From the NCBI GenBank assembly GCA_943369355.1, contig CALRMX020000002.1:113376-177375 (forward strand): DNA of 64,000 bases, read 5' to 3'. Positions 1 to 9,546 of this stretch are shown here, one piece after another. The stretch comes from Chitinophaga pinensis (lineage in GTDB: Bacteria; Bacteroidota; Bacteroidia; UBA7662). The notes under the pieces were generated by a model. That model made no database searches. It had not been told where the DNA came from and saw only the letters and a list, made by a program, of their open reading frames with translations. The position numbers and the translations under genes were made by a program. Each line of letters starts with the position of its first letter. The first letter of the stretch is position 1.

Positions 1-201
1 TTTACTGTAGGCGTATTAAGTCAGCATCGAGCTAATTTTTGGCGAGTACTTGCCTACACCTTCCGCAATCATCGCCAATTTTTGGAGCACGGTTTATTTC
101 TGGCACTTATGAGTGTTCAGATGCATGCACATGCGCTTCACTTGTTAGAACAAGCCCAATTGCAATTGGATGATATAGAAAGGCAGAAAAAAGTAGCTTA
201 A
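1..201 (+). CDS. 3' end (66 codons plus stop) of a B12-binding radical SAM / DUF4070-type protein, cut by the window edge; paralog of the next gene
   Basis: Frame 1 is open from nt 1 to TAA 199-201. It gives FTVGVLSQHRANFWRVLAYTFRNHRQFLEHGLFLALMSVQMHAHALHLLEQAQLQLDDIERQKKVA, which hand-aligns (about 40/66 identical) to the C-terminus of the 286..1857 ORF. Confidence 0.75.
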   Translation, partial: FTVGVLSQHRANFWRVLAYTFRNHRQFLEHGLFLALMSVQMHAHALHLLEQAQLQLDDIERQKKVA

Positions 202-321
202 GTCGGTAATTTCAAACGATATCGATGTAAATGACGATGTAAAGCTTCAAAATGTGGTGGAAAATGCGGCACTTAAGGCCCGTCAATGCTTAAATGGAAT
301 AATTATAACAGACACACGATA

Positions 322-1857
322 ATGAATTGTCTACTTGTATACCCGAGCATGCCAGATTCATTTTATGCATTGAAGCATGTTGTGAAAATTGCCAATAAGA
401 AGGCTCCTTTTCCACCATTGGGTTTATTGACAGTTGCCAGCCTATTGCCTCAAGAATGGTCACTCAGGGTGTGCGACTGCAATGTAAAACCATTGACAGA
501 TGAGCAACTCGACTGGTGCGACTTGGTGTTTTTGTCGGCCATGAATGTGCAAGAAGAGTCGGTTCGGGAAATCTTAAAACATTGTAAGTCGAAAAATGTC
601 AAGATAGTAGCAGGAGGCCCACTATTTACACACGAACACGAGCGGTTTAGTGAGGTGGATTACTTCATCTTAAACGAAGCTGAAATTACCTTGCCTTTGT
701 TTTTGGAGGATCTGAGATTGGGTTCCCCGCAAAAAATGTACACCACTACTGCGTTTGCCGACATCACGCAAACGCCGCTACCGAGATATGACTTGATTGA
801 TTTTGATGACTATTTCTATGCGATAATTCAATATTCGAGGGGATGCCCGTACTTATGTGACTTTTGCGATGTGACCGCACTTTTTGGTCGTAAACCACGA
901 GTAAAAACCCCCGAGCAAATCATAGCAGAACTTGAGCTGATTCAAAAAAACTCGAATTTCTCTACGGTTTTGTTTGCCGACGACAATTTGATTGGGAACA
1001 AACGTGTTCTCAAAGCAGAACTATTGCCAGCCTTAATTGAGTGGCAAAAAAAACAGAAGTCAAGTTTTTGGTTTGCCACGCAAGTAACCATCAATGTAGT
1101 TGATGATGACGTTCTCCTAGAATTGCTAGCGGAAGCCGGATTCCGAACCTTTTTTGTGGGCATTGAAACGCCGCAAGAAGATTCGCTCAAAGATTCGCGA
1201 AAAACGCAAAATCTAAAGCGAGATTTGATGGAAGGGATACGTAAAGCCAACCAGCATGGCTTTACGATCTATGGTGGATTTATTGTTGGTTTTGATACCG
1301 ACACCGAAGAGTCCTTCCAAAATGTCACGACATTTATCCAAGAGAGCGGCATCCCAATACCCATTGTAAATGTCCTAAAAGCTCCACCCGGAACCGAATT
1401 ATTTGATAGGATTAAACGAGAAGGAAGGTTGACGAAAGATTTTGCCTTTGAAGAAGGTGAAACCAATATTCGTACGGTCATGCCTTTGGAAAAATTGATA
1501 CAAGGCTTTACGCAGGTAGTCAAGGATATTTATATGCTTGACAAAACCTACGAGAGGTATGAGGTATACATCAAACAACACGTACTAGCAAAAACCAAAG
1601 TCAAAATAAAGTATGAGGTTCAGTTGTCGGATATTCGACAACTTTTAAAAGTGCTTTTGACCATTGGCCTATTTAGCCGCTACCGCAACTTCTTTTGGAA
1701 AGTAATGCTGTTAACGTTTAGGAACCACGGTTCTCCACTTCAATACGGTTTATATTTAGCGTTAATGGGAGTGCAAATGCATATGCATGCCCTTCATTTA
1801 TTAAAACAAGCCGAGATACAGTTAGCTGAAATCGAAGAGCAAAAAAAGGTAGCTTAA
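322..1857 (+). CDS. B12-binding domain radical SAM protein with DUF4070-like C-terminal region
   Basis: Radical SAM CxxxCxxC motif in YSRGCPYLCDFCD. The N-terminal segment looks like a cobalamin-binding Rossmann fold (NCLLVYPSMP...PPLGLLTVASLL...VFLSAMN...VAGGP). Start moved to ATG 322 (MNCLLVYP), inside the supplied ORF 286..1857. Confidence 0.85.
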   Translation: MNCLLVYPSMPDSFYALKHVVKIANKKAPFPPLGLLTVASLLPQEWSLRVCDCNVKPLTDEQLDWCDLVFLSAMNVQEESVREILKHCKSKNVKIVAGGPLFTHEHERFSEVDYFILNEAEITLPLFLEDLRLGSPQKMYTTTAFADITQTPLPRYDLIDFDDYFYAIIQYSRGCPYLCDFCDVTALFGRKPRVKTPEQIIAELELIQKNSNFSTVLFADDNLIGNKRVLKAELLPALIEWQKKQKSSFWFATQVTINVVDDDVLLELLAEAGFRTFFVGIETPQEDSLKDSRKTQNLKRDLMEGIRKANQHGFTIYGGFIVGFDTDTEESFQNVTTFIQESGIPIPIVNVLKAPPGTELFDRIKREGRLTKDFAFEEGETNIRTVMPLEKLIQGFTQVVKDIYMLDKTYERYEVYIKQHVLAKTKVKIKYEVQLSDIRQLLKVLLTIGLFSRYRNFFWKVMLLTFRNHGSPLQYGLYLALMGVQMHMHALHLLKQAEIQLAEIEEQKKVA

Positions 1858-1921
1858 AAGATTAGATTTCTCCGCTTTCATTAAAGCACTCCCCAAAAGC
1901 CAGTCCTTCACACACTAAAAA

Positions 1922-1948
1922 ATAGCTCCCTGCGTGGAGCTATTTTCT
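1922..1948. terminator. Bidirectional intrinsic terminator between convergent genes
   Basis: Perfect 8-bp stem ATAGCTCC (1922-1929) / GGAGCTAT (1936-1943), with an A-run before and a T-run after. Confidence 0.6.
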
Positions 1949-2299
1949 TTATTCGGTTTCCCAATGCTCAAAAAGATGATCGATATAATCGTTTTCTTCA
2001 TCCGAGATGTTAGCATCGGCCTTAATTACATTCATGCTGAGCTGTAAAAAGCGTGCCCGTTCTTCGCGGGTAGACTGCCGATAAAAGGAGTGCATCGCAG
2101 CATCAAATTCTGCAAGCAATTGTTCGTGATTGAGCTGATTCAGGCGATGTGCCTCTACTTCAATTACGCTTTGACTAAATGCAGCGTCGAATTCTACACC
2201 GAGGTATTCGTGGATCACATCGCTTTCGAGTGGCAGATGTTCGCCATCGGCGTGTGCGAGTATCATGAGCATTTTATATCCTGAGGTAATTTTGTCCAT
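1949..2299 (-). CDS. Small acidic helical protein, TerB-like (tellurite-resistance TerB / DjlA N-terminal type fold)
   Basis: 116-aa ORF. The pattern MLMILAHADGEHLPLE...VIKADANISDEENDYIDHL resembles the two-half TerB-like repeat. Assigned by eye only. Confidence 0.5.
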   Translation of the reverse strand: MDKITSGYKMLMILAHADGEHLPLESDVIHEYLGVEFDAAFSQSVIEVEAHRLNQLNHEQLLAEFDAAMHSFYRQSTREERARFLQLSMNVIKADANISDEENDYIDHLFEHWETE

Positions 2300-2356
2300 G
2301 TTGTTCTAACGACTAAGATGAAAGTATCGTTTCTGGTCGAATAAAAAAAATTGCTA

Positions 2357-2782
2357 TTACGGTTTAAAGACTTCAATGGTCTTATTCACCTTAACCAGAT
2401 CGGTAAATTTGCCTTCGTATCGGGTAGCCTTAACCAAGTGATTATCAATCCAATGGTAATTGCCCCCTCTCGGTTTGTTCATAAGTAAGCCGTGGTATTT
2501 GAATCCTCGCGACTTTAACCAAGTTTCCGTAATCTCACGTAGATTCTCGGTACGGCTGGTAAAAAAGGTAATGATGTGTCCCTCTTCAAACCACTTATTG
2601 CATATTTCCAGCGCATCTGGAAAATGAGCACAATCTTTCATTCGCTCAGGTTCTTCGTTAGGAACATCTTCGCAGATAGTTCCATCGATATCGATCAGGA
2701 AGTTTTTTATCTCTGATGGTAAAATGGGGCTGGCCTGTTTACCGCTCTCGTCGAAAGCTGCTTTCAGTTCAGGGTTAGTCAT
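2357..2782 (-). CDS. HAD-superfamily phosphatase-like protein
   Basis: Motif I is DIDGT (LIDIDGTICED). Motif II-like FFTSRT, and a downstream K...GG..HW.DN. 141 aa. Its start overlaps the upstream gene stop by 4 nt. Confidence 0.65.
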   Translation of the reverse strand: MTNPELKAAFDESGKQASPILPSEIKNFLIDIDGTICEDVPNEEPERMKDCAHFPDALEICNKWFEEGHIITFFTSRTENLREITETWLKSRGFKYHGLLMNKPRGGNYHWIDNHLVKATRYEGKFTDLVKVNKTIEVFKP

Positions 2783-3309
2783 GGGCGTGTAGGATTGAGC
2801 GAAAGTGAATCGGCAGCCGCGGGAACTGCCTGCAGAAGAGTTGTTAAAAAGCGATGTCCTTTATGGGTATAGTAGGTTCTTCGTCCGAGATATACGAGTG
2901 CGATACCTCCACCAAGCATGGCGACCGAACTTACAATGGTTCGTGTGGGCAATAAAGGTTCTACATTGGCCAGCATTCCATTGATGGTCACTACACCTGG
3001 CCAGAGTACTCCTGCAGTAATCAGGGTTACTCCATTTCCAGCTAGAAACGGACGACTAACACGAATTGCGTCTACCTCGGCTATGGGCATTTTACGCCCT
3101 TCAACGATTATACTATCTTTTAAGATAAATTCTAGTTCTCCTTTTACCCAACCCAGCGCGGTATGACGAACCTTAATCTGCTCCCCTTCGTAAAAACGAA
3201 GTAATCCGCCACTCTTTTTTTGAATGGCCAGCTGACGCTGAGCGATTACATGCTGAATGCCAACCAATTGAATAAGCAAAAGCGCGAAAAAGAATAGGCG
3301 TGACGTCAT
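2779..3309 (-). CDS. Hypothetical membrane or secreted protein
   Basis: Signal-like N-terminus FFFALLLIQLVGIQHVIAQ and two hydrophobic segments near the C-terminus. Translationally coupled to the HAD gene. Confidence 0.55.
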   Translation of the reverse strand: MTSRLFFFALLLIQLVGIQHVIAQRQLAIQKKSGGLLRFYEGEQIKVRHTALGWVKGELEFILKDSIIVEGRKMPIAEVDAIRVSRPFLAGNGVTLITAGVLWPGVVTINGMLANVEPLLPTRTIVSSVAMLGGGIALVYLGRRTYYTHKGHRFLTTLLQAVPAAADSLSLNPTRP

Positions 3310-3418
3310 GAAATGGGACTGTCGGTAAAGTTACGCTATCCATAGCATTCTAGCCTACTTATCGGTGTTTTAACGCATTTTTTACACAAAAAACGAAGCT
3401 TATCCGTATTATTAGCAC

Positions 3419-4768
3419 ATGGCAAATTCAACTACCAGCACTCCAATCGACCAATTGTTGCGGCCATTACGTTCTTTGGCCAGTCATAGCGCAACCACCG
3501 GCATCTTGCTTTTTGTCATGGCTGTAATTGCGATGCTTTGGGCAAACTCTCCCTGGTCGCACAGCTATCATGCATTGTGGGAAACACACTTTGCCATCAA
3601 AATTGGAGATTTCGGGCTCGACAAGCCACTTCACCACTGGATTAATGACGGATTGATGGCCATTTTCTTTTTTGTAGTCGGACTCGAGATAAAAAGAGAA
3701 ATATTGGCCGGTGAATTGTCGAGTTGGAAAAAGAGTATCCTTCCGATAGGGGCTGCCTTGGGTGGAATGTTGGTTCCAGCCTTGCTCTATGAGGTATTCA
3801 ACAGCAGTACCCGAGCGGCAGGGGGATGGGGAATACCCATGGCTACGGATATTGCGTTTTCGCTGGGACTACTTTCGCTCGTCAGCAAGCGAGTGCCCAT
3901 TTCGGTGAAAATTTTCTTGACCGCCTTAGCCATTGTCGATGATCTAGGTGCCGTTTTGGTCATCGCCTTTTTTTATACCTCTAACATTTCCGTCGAGAAT
4001 TTGATGATCGGAGGCGCCTTTATGCTCGTTTTAATGGGTGCCAATCGTATGGGGGTTCGGTCAACCACCTTTTACGCAATTGTAGGTATCGGTGGACTAT
4101 GGCTAGCTTTTTTACTCTCGGGCATCCATGCTACCATCGCAGGCGTTTTGGCTGCACTGGCCATACCGGGGCGCACTAAACTCAACGAGTACCAATTTAT
4201 GGCCAAGATGCGCGGCTTGATGAACCGATTTGAGGCCAGCGAACCCAACGGCAACCCATTTTTAACTTCTGAACAGCTGCACCTCATCGAAAAGATGAAG
4301 GTGGCCAATCTTCAAGCAGAAACTCCTTTGCAGAAGCTTGAACATGTAATGCACCCACTTATTTCGTTCGTTATCATGCCTTTGTTTGCGCTGGCTAATG
4401 CCGGTGTGGAAATTGAAGGCGAAGTGCTCGATTTACTCATTAGTCCTGTAAGCTTAGGTGTTATTGTAGGGCTAGTGGTAGGTAAGTTTATCGGTGTGGC
4501 CGGAACCAGTTGGTTGCTAGTACGATTGGGTTGGGCGCAACTACCTAAAGGTGCCGGATGGAATCATATTGTAGGCGTGGCACTTTTGGCTGGCATAGGT
4601 TTTACGATGTCGCTTTTCATAACCGAGCTTGCTCTCGAAGTTCCACTCGATCGACTTGAAGCTAAGTTGGGGATATTGGTAGCCTCGGTAATTGCAGGAG
4701 CTTTGGGCTTGTGGTATTTAAGCCGACAGCCCGAAATAAACGGGGAAGCCGAACAAAACGAACATTAA
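3419..4768 (+). CDS. nhaA: Na+/H+ antiporter NhaA
   Basis: Polytopic protein with the NhaA signature LAIVDDLGAVLVIAFFY (the DD pair) and a family-typical N-terminus (SGILLF..A..A..WANSPW). Confidence 0.9.
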   Translation: MANSTTSTPIDQLLRPLRSLASHSATTGILLFVMAVIAMLWANSPWSHSYHALWETHFAIKIGDFGLDKPLHHWINDGLMAIFFFVVGLEIKREILAGELSSWKKSILPIGAALGGMLVPALLYEVFNSSTRAAGGWGIPMATDIAFSLGLLSLVSKRVPISVKIFLTALAIVDDLGAVLVIAFFYTSNISVENLMIGGAFMLVLMGANRMGVRSTTFYAIVGIGGLWLAFLLSGIHATIAGVLAALAIPGRTKLNEYQFMAKMRGLMNRFEASEPNGNPFLTSEQLHLIEKMKVANLQAETPLQKLEHVMHPLISFVIMPLFALANAGVEIEGEVLDLLISPVSLGVIVGLVVGKFIGVAGTSWLLVRLGWAQLPKGAGWNHIVGVALLAGIGFTMSLFITELALEVPLDRLEAKLGILVASVIAGALGLWYLSRQPEINGEAEQNEH

Positions 4769-4794
4769 CTCCCTACGGTTGCGCCCGTCGCTCT

Positions 4795-4802
4795 TATCTT
4801 TG
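4795..4802 (+). promoter_or_regulatory. Bacteroidota -7 promoter box TATCTTTG, 5 nt upstream of the glyQS ATG
   Basis: Exact match to TAnnTTTG at 4795-4802. ATG at 4808. Confidence 0.45.
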
Positions 4803-4807
4803 TGACC

Positions 4808-6349
4808 ATGAACGCAGAAGATATTTTCAAAAATGTGATTAGCCACGCCAAAGAGTATGGCTTCGTTTTTCCATCCAGCGAAATTTACGACGGGCTTTCG
4901 GCGGTGTACGATTATGGCCAACTAGGCGCGGAGCTCAAAAAGAACATACGCGAGTATTGGTGGAAGGCCATGGTGCAACTCAACGAGAATATTGTAGGTA
5001 TTGATGCCGCCATTTTCATGCACCCTACTACCTGGAAGGCTTCGGGTCATGTGGATGCGTTCAACGACCCACTTATCGACAACAAAGACAGCAAAAAACG
5101 CTACCGTGCCGACGTACTCATTGAAGAACACGTAGCGAAAATCGAAGGAAAAATTGAGAAGGAAGTCGAAAAGGCACGTGGTAGGTTTGGGGACGCCTTT
5201 GATGAAGCTCAGTTTAGAAGTACCAACCCCAATGTGCTCCGCAACCAAGAGAAGATAGAGGCCATCAACAGCCGGTTTAAGGATGCTCTCGAAAACAACA
5301 ATCTCGAAGAGGTTCGGCAAATAATCCTCGATTTAGAGATTGTTTGCCCGATAAGTGGCACCCGCAATTGGACCGAAGTGCGACAGTTTAACCTCATGTT
5401 TAGCACCGAGATGGGCTCAGTGGCTGGCGATGCGAGTAAAATTTACCTGCGACCCGAAACGGCTCAAGGCATATTCGTGAACTTTTTGAACGTGCAAAAA
5501 AGCGGAAGGATGAAGATCCCGTTTGGTATTGCCCAAACAGGTAAAGCTTTCCGAAACGAAATCGTAGCCCGCCAGTTCATCTTTAGAATGCGTGAGTTTG
5601 AACAAATGGAAATGCAGTTTTTTGTTCGGCCCGGCACCGAGATGGACTGGTACCAACTCTGGAAAGAGAAACGTATGGCGTGGCACCGCTCTTTGGGTTT
5701 CCCAGCAACAGCTTACCGCTTTCACGACCACCTCAAATTGGCGCATTATGCCAATGCGGCATGCGACATTGAATTTGAGTTTCCCTTCGGTTTCAAAGAG
5801 TTAGAAGGCATCCACAGTAGGACCGATTTTGACCTAGGAAGCCACGAACAATACAGCGGCAAAAAGTTGCGCTATTTCGATCCCGAAACCAATGAATCGT
5901 ATGTTCCTTATGTGGTAGAAACTTCAGTAGGATTAGACCGTTTATTTTTGGCTGTATTGAGTCGCGCCTACCACGAGGAAAAACTCGACGACGGTACCGA
6001 ACGGGTGGTGCTGCGCATACCGCCTGTTTTAGCCCCAGTGAAGGTTGCCGTACTGCCTCTCATCAAAAAAGATGGTTTGCCCGAAAAAGCGCGTGAGCTA
6101 TTGGCCCAGTTGCAGCTTCGGTTCAACTGTCAGTACGACGAAAAAGACAGTATCGGCAAACGTTATCGCAGGCAGGATGCTTTGGGCACTCCGTTTTGCG
6201 TTACCATCGATCACGAAAGCCTCACCGACGGGCAAGTAACCATTCGCCATCGCGACACCATGGAGCAAGAACGCATCCCGATGAACGAAGTTGCTGTACG
6301 CATTGCTCAGTCGGTGGATATGGCTTACGCGCTTCAACAGATTCAATAA
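4808..6349 (+). CDS. glyQS: Glycine--tRNA ligase (homodimeric class II type)
   Basis: The N-terminus AKEYGFVFPSSEIYDGLSAVYDYGQLGAELKKNI and the class II motifs (FRNE, GLDR) are typical of GlyQS. ATG 4808 preferred over the GTG at 4802. Confidence 0.93.
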   Translation: MNAEDIFKNVISHAKEYGFVFPSSEIYDGLSAVYDYGQLGAELKKNIREYWWKAMVQLNENIVGIDAAIFMHPTTWKASGHVDAFNDPLIDNKDSKKRYRADVLIEEHVAKIEGKIEKEVEKARGRFGDAFDEAQFRSTNPNVLRNQEKIEAINSRFKDALENNNLEEVRQIILDLEIVCPISGTRNWTEVRQFNLMFSTEMGSVAGDASKIYLRPETAQGIFVNFLNVQKSGRMKIPFGIAQTGKAFRNEIVARQFIFRMREFEQMEMQFFVRPGTEMDWYQLWKEKRMAWHRSLGFPATAYRFHDHLKLAHYANAACDIEFEFPFGFKELEGIHSRTDFDLGSHEQYSGKKLRYFDPETNESYVPYVVETSVGLDRLFLAVLSRAYHEEKLDDGTERVVLRIPPVLAPVKVAVLPLIKKDGLPEKARELLAQLQLRFNCQYDEKDSIGKRYRRQDALGTPFCVTIDHESLTDGQVTIRHRDTMEQERIPMNEVAVRIAQSVDMAYALQQIQ

Positions 6350-6355
6350 ACTCGG

Positions 6356-7984
6356 ATGTTCAAAGAACTCCTGGCCCAACCTCGTTTTGTAGCCCTGGTC
6401 TATGTGCTAGGTGGCCTAAGTCTCTTTGCGGGCTGTTGGTTAAGTCTTTGGGATCAGGACGAGTCGGCTTACGCTGCATTTGCCTGGCAGATGCTTGAAA
6501 CAGGCAATTGGTTGGTTCCAGAGTTTCAGTGGAGTGAAATACACCGCAAAACACCGCTGTATTTTTGGAGTATAGCGGTATCGAATTGGGCATTAGGTTA
6601 TAGCGAATGGGCCGTGCGTTTGCCAGCGCTATTGAGCGTTCTGGGTACAGCACTTTGGGTAGGCTGGCAAGGTCGACGCGCCTTTGGCCGCGAAACGGCC
6701 TTGGCTGCATCCGTACTATTACTTGCCAATTTGTTTTTATCACATCTGGTTAAAATAGCCGTAACCGATGCCATGCTCCTGTTTTTCGAGACCATGGCTG
6801 CCTTGGCCGTAATTAATTATTTCAACGACCAACAGGCAAAAGACCGGTGGTGGTTTGTGCTGGGCGTAGCCGGAGCTTTGTTGGTAAAAGGGCCTCCTGT
6901 GCTCATTCTTACCGTAGGCATGCTTGGGTTAATGGTGCTGTTTCATCCCGATCGCAAACGCCTTTTGACCTTTCATCCTTGGTTTCTTTTTCCACTGGCC
7001 GCCTTGCCACTTGTGGCCTGGGGGCGGCTTGCCTGGCTGACCGACGATGGCGTTTTTATTCGTTGGATGGTAGATTGGTATACGTTTAGAAGAGTTGGCG
7101 GTGAAGTACTCGGCCAAACTGGTCCTCCGGGGTATTACTTGCTCACTTTACTTATTGCCTTCTTGCCTTGGACGATGCTCCTGCCGAAAGCCTTTCGCGA
7201 TTTAATTGTGTATTTCCGAATCCGGCAACCCGAAAAAAGTGATTTGTACCTGCTCGCATGGCTCATCAGCGGCTGGTTGATTTACGAACTTTTGAGGAGC
7301 AAATTACCGGCTTACGCCCTTGGAGCCTATCCAGCCATGGCGTTGCTGCTGGGGCGGACTGCAGTGCGTTTGCGTGACCATGCCTTCCGCAACGAGACCA
7401 GTTTGAAAATCGGAATCGGGCTCTATCTACTACTTGCTAGTGCGCTTGGTCTGGCTTTACCGCTGGCAGTTAAGCCCTTGGTTGACCCATCGGTGCTTTT
7501 GTGGGCCTGGGCGATAGCCATTTATTTTATGCTTTCGGCCATTTGGGTAGCCTTACAGGCTTGGTGGAGCCACTACAACAAGGTGGTTGGGGGAATTCTT
7601 GTGCAAACGTTTGGCTTTTTAGGGATGGCCTGGTTGATTGTACTGCCGGGGATTGAGCCACTTAGAAGTGCAACCAAACAGTTGGCTAAGACCCTCGAGG
7701 CAGAGGCACCTAAAACAGAAACCGTTTACTTCACGCGAAATTTTCAGCTCCCAACCTTACCCTATTACTTAGCTAAAGCAGGTTTCAAACGTGGCGAAGC
7801 TTACCGAACCGACGATTGGGCTCAAATTCTTAACCGACCTGAACAAGTAGTTTTGATTTTCAACGACGAAGACTGGGACACCTTCACTGCCATGAAGCTC
7901 AACTACCGCGTAGTTGCCAGTTACGACGGATGGATAAGTGACCGCGGCAGGTTTACGCATTGGTATGCGGTTTCGAATAGGTAA
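6356..7984 (+). CDS. ArnT/PMT-like glycosyltransferase (GT39/GT83 type), polytopic membrane protein
   Basis: About 12 TM segments. The first-loop acidic motif WDQDESAYA is typical of dolichyl/undecaprenyl-phosphate sugar transferases. Soluble C-terminal domain. Confidence 0.75.
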   Translation: MFKELLAQPRFVALVYVLGGLSLFAGCWLSLWDQDESAYAAFAWQMLETGNWLVPEFQWSEIHRKTPLYFWSIAVSNWALGYSEWAVRLPALLSVLGTALWVGWQGRRAFGRETALAASVLLLANLFLSHLVKIAVTDAMLLFFETMAALAVINYFNDQQAKDRWWFVLGVAGALLVKGPPVLILTVGMLGLMVLFHPDRKRLLTFHPWFLFPLAALPLVAWGRLAWLTDDGVFIRWMVDWYTFRRVGGEVLGQTGPPGYYLLTLLIAFLPWTMLLPKAFRDLIVYFRIRQPEKSDLYLLAWLISGWLIYELLRSKLPAYALGAYPAMALLLGRTAVRLRDHAFRNETSLKIGIGLYLLLASALGLALPLAVKPLVDPSVLLWAWAIAIYFMLSAIWVALQAWWSHYNKVVGGILVQTFGFLGMAWLIVLPGIEPLRSATKQLAKTLEAEAPKTETVYFTRNFQLPTLPYYLAKAGFKRGEAYRTDDWAQILNRPEQVVLIFNDEDWDTFTAMKLNYRVVASYDGWISDRGRFTHWYAVSNR

Positions 7985-7996
7985 TCAAACCATGGC

Positions 7997-9376
7997 TCAC
8001 AGCCTAAATAGTAAGGCTAGGATCAAACGAGTTTCTTGTTTTACGAGATCAGGACGCCAATCGGCGGGAAGGTTGGTAGTGGTAAATCCGGTAGGCGAAG
8101 TCACACCACCACGACCGGCGAAGTAGGGAACACTGGAGCGTCGGTGAACGGCTTCAATTCGAAAAGTTATGCTTTGGTTGGGCATAAAATCATAGTTAAC
8201 TGAACCATCCCACCCCGAAAACTGATCGCCAGGATTAGCAGTGAATGGGTATTTTCCGGCAGTGGTTGTAGGATTATTGGGATTTGGCAATGGGCTTGCT
8301 TCTCCTGTAGGTGCAAGCACCAAGTAACGGCCAGGATTGGTCATGTATCCTCCTCCGAAAGTAACAGCCATGGTTCTGTTCTTAAACCATATCCGATTGT
8401 ACCCCATAATGCTGAGAAAATACTGCGCAGGCCCATTTGATCCACCTGAAGAGAAACCGCTTACACCTGCACCCTTCTCAAAACCAATATCGCCGGTAAG
8501 TGAAAACGCCATTTGACTAATACCCTTTTCGGAGTTTGAGCGGTAGTATCGATATAATAAGCTATTGTCGGAATGAAACCGAATGCGATCGGGCAAACCG
8601 GCTGCATCGGTACCATAATAGTTGTTAGTTAGTAATTTAAAGTTGTCATTCGGAACCCAGGTAATATTACCCCCAATTCCAGGCATGCTGTTAAACTTGC
8701 CATAACTTTGCCATCCATTGATAATCCACGGTTCTATTTTCAAGTATCGGTTCGGGAAGATTTGAATCCTTAGGCCATTAAAAAACCAAGGAGTATTGTC
8801 AGACGTAAAAGATGCCTGATATTCCCAGTTTTCAGCTTGATAAAAGGAGTTTAATCCAATGTAGGACATGAATAATCCAGCATCGACATTGATGCCTCGC
8901 CATATGTTGAAATGATAGCCAGCATACGCCTCACTTAAGTACCGGTAAACATCCGCTAGCTGGTATTGGCCGCGATAGGGACTTAAGTCATTACGTGGAA
9001 CCACTGTAGAACGGGTGCCAAACTGAGTCATCACCCGTGCCCTAGCTCCGTCGTAATAAAAATCTCCTCCAAAATGTAAAGCAGCCAATTGTAATTCGTT
9101 GTGACGTGCCATTGCAGTACTCCCCACTACAGTATTATCAATCGGGTTGTTCAGTGAATAGTTGTAATTAATATCAAGTAGCAACGAAGGCGTAAAATAC
9201 TTGCTATCCTTCCAAACGTTTTCAGTTCGTCGGTCACTACCATTCTGCCAAGTCATATCTAATCCTTCAAAAGGCTCACCTGCTGGCCCTTGAGCAGAGG
9301 CTTTTTGACTATAAAAGCTCCAAAAGAGCACAATTATCATGTAAAGAAAAGCAACAAGTATGTATTTAAAATTCAT
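7997..9376 (-). CDS. Outer-membrane beta-barrel porin-like protein
   Basis: Signal peptide MNFKYILVAFLYMIIVLFWSFYSQKASAQG, alternating aromatic/Gly-rich strands, and a C-terminal ...LALLFRL. Start moved to ATG 9376. Confidence 0.65.
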   Translation of the reverse strand: MNFKYILVAFLYMIIVLFWSFYSQKASAQGPAGEPFEGLDMTWQNGSDRRTENVWKDSKYFTPSLLLDINYNYSLNNPIDNTVVGSTAMARHNELQLAALHFGGDFYYDGARARVMTQFGTRSTVVPRNDLSPYRGQYQLADVYRYLSEAYAGYHFNIWRGINVDAGLFMSYIGLNSFYQAENWEYQASFTSDNTPWFFNGLRIQIFPNRYLKIEPWIINGWQSYGKFNSMPGIGGNITWVPNDNFKLLTNNYYGTDAAGLPDRIRFHSDNSLLYRYYRSNSEKGISQMAFSLTGDIGFEKGAGVSGFSSGGSNGPAQYFLSIMGYNRIWFKNRTMAVTFGGGYMTNPGRYLVLAPTGEASPLPNPNNPTTTAGKYPFTANPGDQFSGWDGSVNYDFMPNQSITFRIEAVHRRSSVPYFAGRGGVTSPTGFTTTNLPADWRPDLVKQETRLILALLFRL

Positions 9377-9546
9377 AAAATGACCTTCGAGGGTTTTGTT
9401 TCGAAGGCGTCGCAAAGCTCTGACAGGCTCAGATGATGAAAAATCAATTCGTACGCTATTCCCATAAAAAAAACATAAAGAGGCCTTCTCAAAGGGTATA
9501 ATTTTATTTATTCTTTATATCGTGGCAGCTACCTTTAAACCTGCAC

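Noticed and set aside
9523-9537. TGGCAGCTACCTTTA upstream of the histidine kinase, considered as a sigma-54 (-24/-12) promoter
   Set aside because: The -12 element (TTGC) is absent at the required spacing. Only the TGGCA half matches.
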